Source: Macrostomum lignano (lineage: Eukaryota). Taken from it: a DNA stretch of 64,000 bases. This document shows positions 1 to 12,447 of this stretch, in pieces (the first letter of the stretch is position 1; each line of letters opens with the position of its first letter). The DNA lies in assembly GCA_002269645.1 (NCBI GenBank), contig NIVC01000810.1, positions 108,620 through 172,619 on the forward strand. Reading direction: 5' to 3'. Under the pieces are notes generated by a model. It had not been told where the DNA came from and searched no databases. It was given only the letters and a program-made list of their open reading frames with translations. The position numbers were made by a program, and so were the translations under genes.

Positions 1-102
1 ATATTCATATACATATTTTTCTTTCTATAACGACAAACATCCATCAATATTCTGGATTTTAAAAGCATGACAGAACCAGCTTGAAATAAACCTTCATTTC
101 AG

Positions 103-2659
103 TCCAACCGAAAATTACTGAGATACTCAACCTGAACTCAATCATGCATGAGGACTTCCACGAGAACTTCACAATCAAGTCGACCAAGGGAAATCCGAGA
201 GTTAATCACAGCTGTTTAGTCAATGGAAAAATAATTGTGAGGCCTCGTACGATCGGGAAGTTTTATTCATTGTAGCGTAGCTAAACCGTGTGAAGTTGAG
301 CAAAACTCTCCAATTTCAGACAATAACTAATCAAATCAGTAATTCGAATAGATCCGAGACCCGCATGACTTTCACGCCTCATAGAAGTCACAGCGAACTT
401 TTGTGCTCAGCTCTGCAGTTGAGCAGCAACTCAGAAGTTGTCTTTAATGCTACTGTCTACAGGAATTTTACAGTTTACTGTAAGTGTCGAATATTTAACC
501 TCATACGTTAAAAATCTTGAACAGGCCTCAATCCTGCTGGTTAAAAATCGCAGACAAGGCCAACAACTCACAGTTTAACAGTCTGAACTCCAACAACGTG
601 ACAGAAGGCAGCGAGTTGAACGTCACGCTGGTGTCAGTTGGAGGCAGACCGCCCGTCAGAAGTTTTAGCTGCTGGGTTGGAGAGGACCAACTCAGTGAAG
701 TGAGTGCAGTGAGCTTTCGAGTACAGCCACATCGGTTATTGATTTCATAACATTACATGATTACAGATCAGACCGGCATCAAATACTTCTTCGATGAAAG
801 AAACATCAAAGAGGCATCTCACGCTTCGAGCGTCTAGAAGGCACCACAACAAGAGCCTCTGTTGCAAGTTTGAGCAGGACGAAGTTCTGACTGAATGGAA
901 TAACAAAAGCTTGGTTATTTTTTGTAAGTATTTTGTTTCCTAATGTAAACTGGGAAAGCAGGATATGCATCATCCAGAATTCTGTACTTTCAGACGAGCC
1001 CTTCGTAAATCTGTCCGACAAAAGCTTTAACGGAACCAGTTTTTCTGCAATGCTGAACATCTCCGATGGCAATCCGAGTCCCGAGACTCGGTGCTTTGCG
1101 GACGGAGTTCAGCTGGTCAGTCAGCCGCAACAAATTTAGTCATATCTTCTAATTACGAGCTATTGCAACTGTCTCATGCTCGTTGTAGAATGACACGGCG
1201 TCAGCTCTTCTGACAGGCCAGGCCACTCACAGCTTGACTCACCTGCTCGAGGCTCACAACGATCAAATCAACATTTCCTGCGTGATTTCGCAACAAGGAA
1301 AAGTGAATTTCTCCAAGACCCATTATTGGGTTCTCAACTCGACAGATGATGCTCCGAGTGAGTATTGCTTCGAATGCTGTGAAATCTATTAATAACTATG
1401 AATTTGAGCATCCAATTCTTTTTGTCTTGGATCTAAAGCTTTCGAGCTTAATTAAAGCCTAATTAAAGTTTGCACGCCAATAATAAAAAAGCAAAGTATT
1501 GATCGAAAGAAGCAAATGCATCGTAGAAGTAGTAGCTTGTGAATCTTTTTCGATAGATTTAGCGATAAACTCAAAAAATAATTTCTTAAATACTTATAAC
1601 AGATAATTAACTATGCTTTGCACTAAAATGTCACGGTCTGGGCTATTTTAAATTCTAGCTAAACTGCCAATCATCCGAGGCAATGGAAACAAAAATCTGC
1701 TATTTCTGCTGCTATTGCTGCTTCTGCTGTTGCTGCTTCTAGTGGCCGTGCCAGTTCTGCTGCGTCGCCGTCGCGGGGTCACCCTGGGAGAGCCGTCGGG
1801 CAAGCAGGTCAATGACTTATATCGCCGCACGTCGTTGGAACTGGAGCAGGACTTCATGCGGTCGCACTACCTGTACAAGGTTGGATTCAGAGAAATTTGT
1901 TGTGTACGAGCTAAAGCGTTAGACAGAAGTTCCAACTTAGGCATGTAGTCACCAGTTGTGGCAACATCTAAACTACCCTGGCGCACTTTAAGCGACATTT
2001 TCACACAACCGGCGAGAGGCATTACTGCCCATTCAGCCGACTCCCCTGAGCAAAGGCACACAAGCGCGCGGATACGTACGCAGTCATACGCACAGGCACA
2101 CACTCACACAGGAGTGAATGAGCGGCCCTAACTTTATTTACACTATGTACACTTCACTGTGCCTTGGAGGTTGGCCCTCAAGGATGTTAATTGCACGAGC
2201 AGAGCCAAGCCGAGATTTCAATTTAGCCCCAAATTAATGCGACTGCACTAGGAATCGAGCCTGGGCCGCTGGCACATCAGAGCGCCACACTGGACCACTG
2301 GGCTACGCCCCCGCATGCGGGATTGGATAAGTCTATGGTCAAACCACGCGATATAGGGCAGGATTGATTATGTCAATAGGTTAGCCTCATCAGACTCAGG
2401 CTCTCGCAAGGCATTTTCCTAATACAAGTAATTTTCCGTAGCAAAAATCCAAGTATTTTTTCCGGTTATATTTTACACTGTTGCACGATACCGAGTTGCT
2501 CTCTGCACCCATTCGCTCTGCCATTTGTAGAATCTACTGAACAACACCGAATATGCCACGGTGATCGGGTCGGGCACTGACCCGTCGGACAGCCTGGAGA
2601 CTCTGTACCTGCACATCGTTGGTCACATGGACGACGATGGGAATATGGTGTTCGCTTGA
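103..2659 (+). CDS. Receptor paralog A (5'-truncated by window): at least 3 Ig-like domains, TM, Tyr-motif tail
   Basis: Hand-spliced exons 103-236, 320-479, 554-699, 767-923, 994-1115, 1189-1357, 1659-1879, 2531-2659, all GT-AG with consistent phases. Ig-like halves such as VTEGSELNVTLVSVGGRPPVRSFSCW and NISCVISQQG. TM LLFLLLLLLLLLLLVAVPVLL followed by RRRR. Tail SLELEQDFMRSHYLYK|NLLNNTEYATV...ETLYLHI, homologous to C and D. Confidence 0.85.
1975..2312 (-). mobile_element. tRNA-derived SINE, family 1 (last intron of paralog A)
   Basis: The minus strand begins with a tRNA-like head (gtagcccagtggtcc...ggctcgattcc, A/B-box-like). The body recurs at about 41765-42052 (+) and 56575-57105 (-). 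Confidence 0.65.
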
Positions 2660-2672
2660 GAGACGCCTTTGT

Positions 2673-4165
2673 ATTGGAGAATTGTATTGGGGGAATTGTA
2701 TTGGGGGAATTGTATTGGGGAATTGTATTGGGGGAATTGTATTGGGGGAATTGTATTGGGGAATTGTATTGGGGGAATTGTATTGGGGGAATTGTATTGG
2801 GGAATTGTATTGGGGGAATTGTATTGGGGGAATTGTATTTTGGGAATCGTACTGGTGAATTTTATTGGGGAATTGTATGGAGGAATTGTACTGGGAAATT
2901 GTATTGAGGAATTGAATTTGAGGGAATTGTATTGGAGGAATTGTACTGGGAAATTGTATTGAGGAATTGAATTTGAGGGAATTGTATTGGAGGAATTGTA
3001 CTGGGAAATTGTATTGAGGAATTGAATTTGAGGGAATTGTATTGGGGGAATTGTACTGGGAAATTGTATTGAGGAATTGAATTTGAGGGAATTGTATTGG
3101 GGGAATTGTATTGAGGAATTGAATTTGAGAAAATTGTATTGGGGGAATTGTACTGGGAAATTGTATTGAGGAATTGAATTTGAGGGAATTGTATTGGTAG
3201 CGATGCTCGTTTAATAAGTAATAGAAAAATGAAGCTTAACACCAACATAAAAGTTTTATTGAATTGTATTGGGGGAATTGTATTGGGGGAATTGTATTGG
3301 GGGAATTTTATTGGGGGAATTGTATTGGGGGAATTGTATTGGGGGAATTGTATTGGGGGAATTGTATTGGGGGAATTGTATTGGGGGAATTGTACTGGGA
3401 AATTGTATTGAGGAATTGAATTTGAGGGAATTGTATTGGGGGAATTGTACTGGGAAATTGTATTGAGGAATTGAATTTGAGGGAATTGTATTGGGGGAAT
3501 TGTATTGAGGAATTGAATTTGAGGGAATTGTATTGGGGGAATTGTACTGGGAAATTGTATTGAGGAATTGAATTTGAGGGAATTGTATTGGTAGCGATGC
3601 TCGTTTAATAAGTAATAGAAAAATGAAGCTTAACACCAACATAAAAGTTTTATTGAATTGTATTGGGGGAATTGTATTGGGGGAATTGTATTGGGGGAAT
3701 TGTATTGGGGGAATTGTATTGGGGGAATTGTATTGGGGAATTGTATTGGGGGAATTGTATTGGGGGAATTGTATTGGGGGAATTGTATTGGGGAATTGTA
3801 TTGGGGGAATTGTATTGGGGGAATTGTATTGGGGGAATTGTATTGGGGGAATTGTATTGGGGGAATTGTATTGGGGAATTGTATTGGGGGAATTGTATTG
3901 GGGGAATTGTATTGGGGGAATTGTATTGGGGGAATTGTATTGGGGGAATTGTATTGGGGGAATTGTATTGGGGAATTGTATTGGGGGAATTGTATTGGGG
4001 GAATTGTATTGGGGAATTGTATTGGGGAATTGTATTGGGGGAATTGTATTGGGGGAATTGTATTGGGGGAATTGTATTGGGGGAATTGTATTGGGGAATT
4101 GTACTGGTGAATTGTATTGGGGGAATTGTATTGGGGGAATTGTATTGAGAGAATCGTATTGGAAG
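2673..4165. repeat. G-rich 14-15 bp minisatellite (GGGGAATTGTATTG)n with an internal 394-bp block duplication
   Basis: Visible tandem array. The AT-rich interruption ggtagcgatgctcg...aagttttatt occurs twice (about 3196 and 3590), offset 394. Confidence 0.95.
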
Positions 4166-5067
4166 AATTGTCTGTAGAATTCAAAATTTTCTAATCTTCC
4201 TTATTGACACTGTTACAACACACCAAAGCATATGCGCTTGTACCCACAGGTATTAACTGCAATGGCCTTTAAATAGGGTCAACATAAAACTTTCTACTTT
4301 ATGCTACTCTGCAACTCCAGTATCTCCAGTTGTATCCAAGCATTTTCCAAGCAATTTCAGCTCAAACTTGAGCTCTGAACTGCATGACTAAAGACTCATC
4401 TCAATGCGGATGCATGATTCAAATAATAGACCCAAACATTTATGAACCACAATGTTTATATTGTACTCCAGCAAGATTCCCCTAAAGGGTATGCAACCGT
4501 ATCTAAGCACTAACTGATACTTTTGTTAGCAAAAGCATCTATAATTCAAATTCGATATGAATTCCTGTTTATTCTGCCCGACTGTGGTTTCAAGTCTTGG
4601 CGACTTTTGTGAATGTTTATGCATTAATATTTGCTTCTAAATATGGAATCATCATTGCGTTTTAGTCACCTGTTTCGTTTAGAAACTCCAAAGACCTGTG
4701 CTCTCCAATCCTGTAAACTATCCGATTCCAGTAACTTTTGACAGTTACTAATTTTAGCATTGCTATCTAATTGAAGAGAGAATGTTTGCTTGTCTGAGAC
4801 AAACATACCAGAGGCATATCACAGTTCAGCATCTTATTCCAGATAATATATAACTTTTTCTTTACATAGAAGACTTTATAACTTCGCTTCCGGCAGAGAT
4901 TGTGGTTGTGGAACTTCTAAGCTAAAACTGACTTTTAAATTCAAAATTACCTGAATGTTCAGGCTAATTTGCAAATTGTGTACGAACTAAAGAGAATGGA
5001 TGGCAGAATGCAGGGAAAGATATTGGGTTTTAGAGTTATTCAACTTTACACCACATGCCTGTCTGAA

Positions 5068-5262
5068 TTAGACAGGATTAGACAAGATTAGACAGGATTA
5101 GACAAGATTAGACAAGATTAGACAAGATTAGACAGGATTAGACAATATTAGACAAGATTAGACAGGATTAGACAAGATTCGACAAGATTAGACAACATTA
5201 GACAAGATTCGACAAGATTCGACAAGATTAGACAAGATTAGACAAGATTAGACAAGAATAGA
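5068..5262. repeat. Decamer minisatellite (TTAGACAAGA)n
   Basis: About 19 visible units. Confidence 0.9.
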
Positions 5263-5494
5263 CCAAATTTTTCAGGATATACCTTTCTCCAATTCATTAA
5301 TTTATATCTAACATTCAACGATTCCGCATTGTAAACGAATCGTGACGAACAACAGACAAGAGAGATCAGTTGCAAAACCTGACTTTATCCAGCACGGATA
5401 TTAAAGCGAATTCGTCCATCTGTTTGATTTGGCCATCACTAGAATAAGAGACAATCAGAAGAATTTTTAAATTATTATTAATTACACCTATCCT

Positions 5495-5750
5495 AATGGG
5501 CAGGTGTGCAACCGACAGCTCAGCCGCAGCTATTGCTGTACACGGCTGTTCAGCCCAAGGACTGGGGGGTCGCCACACACACCCTCAATTACCCCAGCTA
5601 ATGCTGGCACCCATTTTACAGCTGGGTAAACTGAAGCAATGCAGAGATAAGAGGCTTGCTCAAGGACACAAATTGTTACGAATGGGTTGAGAATCGAACC
5701 CCAACCGTTACGTCGTGAGGCCGACGCTCTGACCACTCGGCTACAGTTCC
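5495..5750 (-). mobile_element. tRNA-derived SINE, family 2
   Basis: Minus-strand head tagccgagtggtcagagcgtc...ggggttcgattctc and central gtttacccagctgtaaaatgggtgcc segment, resembling Deu/Nin-type SINE cores. A second copy lies at about 45915-46185 (+). Confidence 0.6.
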
Positions 5751-6002
5751 CTGTTTAGAATTTAATTATTAGAAGAATTCAACATTACAACTTACAAAAT
5801 TGTCGAATTTCTGTCTCAACAAGCCGAAAAAATGCCCCCCCCGGATCTCATTGGTCGGCAGTTGCGATCAGTTGGTAAAATTTATACACAGATTTTCTCA
5901 ATAACAAGAAACGCGGCCTCGCACTCTGCTTCAAGGACTACTGAAATTTTTGTAGGCTAAGAAGCTTGGAAACTGCAACTCAAAAACGTTCGCCAATTTA
6001 TC

Positions 6003-9000
6003 ATGAACTATTGCTTGATAATTCTGGCGATTCTCTGTTGCTTCTGGACCTGTGAGTTTGGGAAGGAATTATATATTAAATGGGGAACAGGGACTGAACG
6101 TTTTCATATCAGAAGACCCCGAAATTCAATTCATTTAAATTCATCAACATGTCGACTGAATGAGTCTACATCAGCTGTCAAGCTGAGCTGAGTCAACGAG
6201 GATCATTAAGAGTCTCTATAGACGCCGTCCTGTCGCTAGAGCATGGTGGACTCCAGTTATTGTATCAAGAATTCTATAATTTCCTATGTCTAATCGACAG
6301 TTTCTAGTTTCTAAGCATTCGAAACGATAGTCAAGGGGCTAAAAATACCATCTCGTTCCTCTGTAGTTGTAGTTGTTTTCGAAAAACCTGACCTTGTGAC
6401 AGAATTGTTGAAAAAAAAGCTCATGCAAAAGTTATTCCATGTCCTTGAATTCAATGTGCCTAGTTTCTTCGATGAACATATAAATAGAATAAAAAGGACA
6501 AAAAACTAAAACCTGGGGACCGGGGAGTTGTACGTTAATAATATAGAAGCTTACATCGATTATCACTAAAACTTTACTATTAAATGTATGCTTTTAGCCC
6601 TTAAAAAGTTTAAATTTCTGACCAAATTTTTTTTTCAGGTCGTGCCATCAAGGTCGCCAGAGCTGATATCACCAATGCCTGGCAATCGTATGTGTACTAT
6701 CACTCAGTCTCCAATTGCTTCATCAGATCTATAGACATGAGAGGGCAACGGTTCTATTTTCATACCCACGACACTCCGGACCCCTCCGGCTACCAGTGGC
6801 TGCTGCTGAAACTGACCCGAAGTGTCCCAGTGCGCTCCATCACTTTCTATGGGAGACAGAAGGGTGAGCCCTGTCTCACCTTTTAGTATCAATCTGAACG
6901 ATACGAGTATTTTGCATCTGAATTTTTCAATAAACTTTTCTCAGTCAGCCACAGAGCCCTGGGCATCGAAGTGCTGCTCAGTGAGGAGAAGCCAGCCGGT
7001 CTGGATGAGGATGCACCCAACTGCACTGCAGCCACTTTCAGTCACAGTCTGTCCGGATTCCAACACTGCGGCTTCACCAGAAATGACAGCAGCAAGTCAA
7101 ACAGGTCGCACTTTGTAGATGAAGTGACCTGCTCAGCTGAGTGCGATGTCAAGGTTTGTCACCCAGTTGCTGCAACTCTTTCAATATTGGAATTCGCAGT
7201 GCTGCAGCATCACATTGCAGATGGCGCAGTATGTCCTGCTGAGGGAGTTCGTGGCCAATCAGACTGACAAGATGATGAACTTTGAGCTGCTTGAAATTGA
7301 AAAAGGGGACTGCTTTCGGCATAACAAAGACAGCAGCTCTTGTTGCTCTTCAGCTGACTTCTGTAAAGAACAACACACGGGATGCTTTGTGGAAGACTTG
7401 TCTCAGCTGAGACGCGGTAATGAAGCGATGATTCGAGCTCGGCTCCCAGGAAACTGCAGAGCACCTGCTGCATCAAACTGCAGCATCAGAAACGGTAGTG
7501 ATCTCTTGTATTTGAGTTCGGTAAGAGTTCGATTGAGATAAATACTTGAGCTTGCACCTGATATGGGAATTGAGCAGCACATGTGGGCGTTCGCATTGCA
7601 GAGGGCGACCTTCAATGGCTCTCTGATTCTGGAACCTTTTACAGTGGAGCTGCAGATGCACGGGGCGGAGTTGAAGTGCCGACACCGCTGCAGCGGTGGG
7701 ACTGCGATTGGCACTTCGCACACACTGGGTGTGCAGTCCGCCAGTGAGTCAGGCTGGAAATCAGTTTTCCACAGAAATCTGCATACAAAATGCATACAAA
7801 AATCCATATGGCTATGTTGGATGTTAGTTTGCTTTGCAGGAAAAATATGGGAAATCAAAATGCGGAAGGGTTTGAGTAGTAAGTGGTGCAGGGCTCTCGA
7901 CTGTCTTCATTGTTATGATTGCCTTTCGTTCTAATACTCATGTTTCTTAATTCTGTGGCGGTCACGCCACACGCGCGTATGCGCTCCAGCAGCCACCCCA
8001 ACCCCGGCCGGGGAGGCCGGCACTATGTGCACGGTCGCTGTGCGTTGATTGGCTGCCCAGTGTACACCGCTGGCCAATATAACTTTAGACTTTTGTCTCG
8101 CGCGCCTCCACCCTGCTACTTCAAATAAATTTTACGTGGCTAAACTCGCCACAGAATTAAGAAACATGAGTATTAGAACGAAAGGCAATCATAACAATGA
8201 AGACAGTCGAGAGCCCTGCTCCACTTACTACTCAAACCCTTCCAGAGCCCTGCACCACTCACTACTCAAACCCTTCCAGAGCCCTGCACCACTCACTACT
8301 CAAACCCTTCCAGAGCCCTGCACCACTCACTACTCAAACCCTTCCAGAGCCCTGCACCACTCACTACTCAAACCCTTCCAGAGCCCTGCACCACTCACTA
8401 CTCAAACCCTTCCAGAGCCCTGCACCACTCACTACTCAAACCCTTCCAGAGCCCTGCACCACTCACTACTCAAACCCTTCCAGAGCCCTGCACCACTCAC
8501 TACTCAAACCCTTCCAGAGCCCTGCACCACTCACTTGCTGCTCCCCGCAAACACCAGCTGGACAGACGGAGCAGCTGTCAATCTGACAGCTGACACACCG
8601 GGTTGCTACTGGATGCCAATCAGCCACAGCTGCTCTGTGCAGTCACAGCGAAATGGAAACACAGCGCTTCAGCTGCTGTCAGTGAGTCTCACACTGACCC
8701 ATGGTTGCACCTGTGTATTGGGTGCATGGCAACAATGACCTGACATTTAGCTGTGAAAACTGACTCATTTCAGAGCACGAACTCAAGCAGCACATTCTCA
8801 GTGACTGTGAGCAGGAGCTGGGGAAGCTCAGCATCCGTTTTGTGTCGGGTGAACCAGTCAGGACTGTTCGATGTAACGGCTCGTCGCGAGCTGCCTGCAG
8901 TTCTGTGCAAGTGTCCATGTACTTCTGCTTGTTTTTGGATGCATGTTAAATTTTCGTATTGTCTCTTTCCATAAATTCTTTTGTTAGTTGCCTTGGAGTC

Positions 9001-9818
9001 GATATACTCGAAGTTGGATTTTAAAAATCTAATGCGGAACCAGGTTACCAGTTAAATCTGATGTGGATGTTTAAAAATTATTGATTTAAAACTAATGTGA
9101 CCTCATAGAGGAGCTTTTCATTGTCTGAAATTCTTCAACAGTCCCTCCAGAGAGCATCGACATCTCAGGCCAGCTGCTCAATGGTTTTGACTTGAATCTG
9201 ACTGTGCTTGTGGAGGAGGGAAACCCGAGGCCGGAGCTGCAGTGTCTGCTGAGATCCGAGACTGTCGGAACAATGCAACTAGTGGTACGGTTGGTGTTTT
9301 TACGTCTTCTTTAGACAGTTGATTCACACCTTCAATTCAACTTTGATTGACAGCTGCTGACAGAAGTGGATCTGCGGGGCATCTGCGGTGGTTGGATTCG
9401 GAGAGCTCGAGTGTTCCACCGGTTCAGCGAGCAGCAGGCAGAGACTGCGGTCACGTGCCGCACCAACCAGGCCCGAACTGGCTTCAAAGATCCCAAGTTT
9501 TTGACGGAGAACTCGAAAACTTTTCAAGCCCTGTTCAGTGAGCAAGTCTTTGTGTACTTTTGAAACAGCGGGTCCTAATAAGTGCACAAAGTGATGCTAA
9601 AAGTACATGTACTTTTCTCTGTAGCAAACTGCGAGCTCCTCAAGCCCAGAGGGGTTAATAAAACTGCTGTAATTTGCTGTTCGCTGGCTGCAGTTTCTGC
9701 TGTCTCAGCTGTGGTGGTTTTTGCCTTGCTGAAGCGGCTGCCAGCAACGGGCCGTCGAAGCAAAGCCTCTGCAGTGGAGCTGGCGGCTGCCACAGCGCTT
9801 AGGGCCGCTGACCCGAAC
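6003..9818 (+). CDS. Receptor paralog B: signal peptide, F-type lectin domain, 3 Ig-like domains, TM (3' end not resolved)
   Basis: Exons 6003-6051 (MNYCLIILAILCCFWT), 6639-6863, 6945-7153, 7200-7520, 7602-7743, 8518-8681, 8774-8906 (GC donor gcaagt), 9142-9284, 9354-9537, 9625-9818 (TM AVICCSLAAVSAVSAVVVFALL-KR). All phases join in frame. FTP-like motifs AWQS, RSID, FHT, WLLLKL, YGR..HR, AQYV, LLEIE. Confidence 0.8.
7864..8243. repeat. 97-bp inverted repeat enclosing a 200-bp TG...CA solo-LTR-like core
   Basis: 7864-7960 is the reverse complement of 8147-8243 with 1 mismatch. The core 7954-8153 starts tgtggcg and ends cgccaca and contains CCAAT-type boxes. Confidence 0.85.
8208..8535 (+). 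repeat. 34-bp minisatellite made of the exon-6 splice acceptor of paralog B (9 acceptors)
   Basis: Unit actcaaacccttccag|agccctgcaccactcact, with AG at 8245+34n up to 8517. Homologous arrays: 25686-25890 in C (6 AG) and 39425-39690 in D (7 plus 1 variant). Confidence 0.9.
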
Positions 9819-10408
9819 GTAAGCTTTGCGAAATCAGTTTACCGAAACTCTTAGAACTGATGTGTTCCTTATTACCAGACTTTCTCTGTAATCAAGGAAC
9901 AATCACTTCTAGCACTTAGCTAGGCAACCCCGTTATCAATTGAAGGTACTGCTTACCTTGACTTCGTATGAGATATCTCTTCAGTAGTTCTCGTTGTAGA
10001 TCTCACAATAGATCTCGTCCGTTGTCTTCCGGAAGAATATTGAATCTGTTGTGGTCCTGCTTCTCCTGGTACTTCCGATGAAGTAGTTTCCGGCCGGTAT
10101 CTGCAGTCAGGACCAATCAGAGGCCTCGTATCAAACAATGGGTACCCTGCGCCGAATAGCGGTTTCTCTTTAGCCTTCTCCTTCTAGTAGTGCCTCTATG
10201 CACTCTAGGTAATGCTCCGGTAATCTCTAATAGATTCTCTAATGAGAAAGGCTTACCGCAACAACTCGACCGAGTCTCGATTGACTTGGTGATCAGAAAG
10301 TCTCGCTAAGAACTTCCTCTTCGGAGCGCTCCTCTTCCATGGGGAGAATGACTCCGGTACCGCTTTGAACCGCTTGTATTTATGGACGATTTCGTAGGCC
10401 AAAAATAT

Positions 10409-10900
10409 TAACATGATTCATGTGCTAAAATAGCAACGTGATTAATCTGCTATAAATAGTAACATGATTCATTTGCTAAAATAGCAACGTGATTAATCTG
10501 CTATAAATAGTAACATGATTCATTTGCTAAAATAGCAACGTGATTAATCTGCTATAAATAGTAACATGATTCATTTGCTAAAATAGCAACGTGATTAATC
10601 TGCTATAAATAGTAACATGATTCATTTGCTAAAATAGCAACGTGATTAATCTGCTATAAATAGTAACATGATTCATTTGCTAAAATAGCAACGTGATTAA
10701 TCTGCTATAAATAGTAACATGATTCATTTGCTAAAATAGCAACGTGATTAATCTGCTATAAATAGTAACATGATTCATTTGCTAAAATAGCAACGTGATT
10801 AATCTGCTATAAATAGTAACATGATTCATTTGCTAAAATAGCAACGTGATTAATCTGCTATAAATAGTAACATGATTCATTTGCTAAAAATAGTAACATG
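10409..10900. repeat. 51-bp AT-rich minisatellite (about 9.5 units)
   Basis: Unit aacatgattcatttgctaaaatagcaacgtgattaatctgctataaatagt, near-identical copies. Confidence 0.95.
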
Positions 10901-11758
10901 AATCATCCTTAAAGTTTAGGTGCACATGCGTGCACTTACTCACTTATAGTAGCATTCTACAATTGTCAATTTACTTTTGCGGGAGGTAGAACACTCTACA
11001 GAATTTAGTTTGAGCTTATCGTAAAAATATTCAGCAATGTAGCTGTGTATACTACTTCTATTATAAGTAGCAGGTACGTATTGTAAAGAATGATTCTAAT
11101 TGATTCAATACGGCAAATCATTCCAGGCTGTGTACTACTATGCTGAGGGCTGAGAGCGCAGCAGTTTCTGGGAGGCCTCTCCTTGACTTGCATCAGTGTT
11201 TATTCTAGTAAAGAATACAATTTCGTTAGCTATTGGTAATATTCTGTAGTGCTCACTGTTCCTTGTATGGAATTATTATCTTTATCATTATCAGAATCTT
11301 TATATATTCAGTTAGATGGATTCGTTCAAGATGCAAAGGTTCGAGAAATCGAGAAGCCTTTCGAGAAACAGAGTTTGTCGGTAAACGAAGAGATCAGTTA
11401 ATATAATTATACTTGAGAACTTTTTATTATGATTAACAGTGCAACGAATCGTAATATGCGTATTTGTTTAAATAAACAACTTAAAATCGAAAGACACTAT
11501 ACAGAATAGATTTATTGACGTCATATTTTTTTAAAGTTTTGTTTAGGTTTTTTTCACATCATTGTCTGTCAGAATTATTTATTGGTTGCAACATTAATTT
11601 GTTATTTTCATAGAATTGGCGTCTGGATTTTTAAACACTCCCAAATATATTTAACTCAAAACTAAAGGTCTTGGGAGTCACGTGGCTGAGGATGTTGGGG
11701 TCATGGGGCTGAGGACATTGGGGGTCATGGGGCTGAGGACGTTGGCGGTCATGGGGCT

Positions 11759-11993
11759 TGTAGTGAGTGAAACGAGGCTAGACTGCTTGTTGTAGTCGAT
11801 AGTTGCCGAAAGCTTGCAGGCGAGAATAATAGCGATCAGTATATTTATTGAATAATTGAGCTGAGACAGGGTGGTTGCTAAAGTCACACCATGCACATTT
11901 GATATTGTACGCATAAGGGTTGAGCTAGCAGAGTCACGCGGCGCAGCCGCTGACAACCCCCCAACACACACACGATAGTAGGCGCTGCCTACA
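11759..11993. mobile_element. Solo LTR-like element, 235 bp
   Basis: Termini TGTAG...CTACA with a perfect 5-bp TSD GGGCT on both sides. Confidence 0.75.
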
Positions 11994-12274
11994 GGGCTGA
12001 GGACGTTGGAGTTATGGGACCGAGAACATTGGGTCATGGGGCTGAGGTCATTGGGGGTCATGGGGCTGAGGATGTTGGGGTCATGGGGCTGAGGATGTTG
12101 GGGTCATGGGGCTGAGGATGTTGGGGTCATGGGGCTGAGGACGTTGGGGGTCATGGGGCTGAGGACATTGGGAGTCATGGTGCTTAGGAAATCGGAGACA
12201 TGGGGCTGAGAACATTGGGTCATAGGGCTGAGGAAATCGGAGTCATGGGGCTGAGAACATTAGGTCATGGGGCT

Positions 12275-12447
12275 TGTAGTAACTGAGTCAGAGGCCGTGA
12301 TTGCTGTGTAGCCAAACTCTTACAAATCTCGCCGCGCTGGGCACGCGTCTATATATTATGGAGTTAGAATTGGGGTGGCGGCACCCACCCCACTCCGCAG
12401 CCAATCAGACTGCCCGGGCGTACCATACTGTGCGTACGCACACTACA
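12275..12447. mobile_element. Solo LTR-like element, 173 bp
   Basis: Termini TGTAG...CTACA with a perfect 5-bp TSD GGGCT. Internal tatata and ccaatc motifs. Confidence 0.75.

Noticed and set aside
2340-2420. Minus-strand CTGATGAG as a hammerhead ribozyme core (also ctgatga at about 35050 and 35105)
   Set aside because: No properly placed stem II and GAAA could be found by eye.
1860-2620. Calling the tails ITAMs
   Set aside because: Spacings between YxxL/V/I motifs (4-5 and 14-17 residues) fall outside the usual 6-8(12), and the motifs fit TxYxx(V/I) better.
2619-4184. Many overlapping ORFs (GELYWGNCIGGIVL repeats)
   Set aside because: These are stop-free translations of a minisatellite in several frames and both strands, not genes.
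7154-7267. Alternative lectin ending VCHPVAATLSILEFAVLQ...GQSD* with a donor at gtatgt
   Set aside because: No phase-compatible acceptor was found. Splicing the 46-nt intron gives the better F-lectin ending AQYV...LLEIE in all three paralogs. The intron is still unconfirmed by transcripts.
7539-7541. Apparent shared nonsense codon in B and C (LR*IL)
   Set aside because: It lies in an 81-nt phase-0 intron (gtaaga...ttgcag) matching the mid-domain intron pattern of the other Ig domains.
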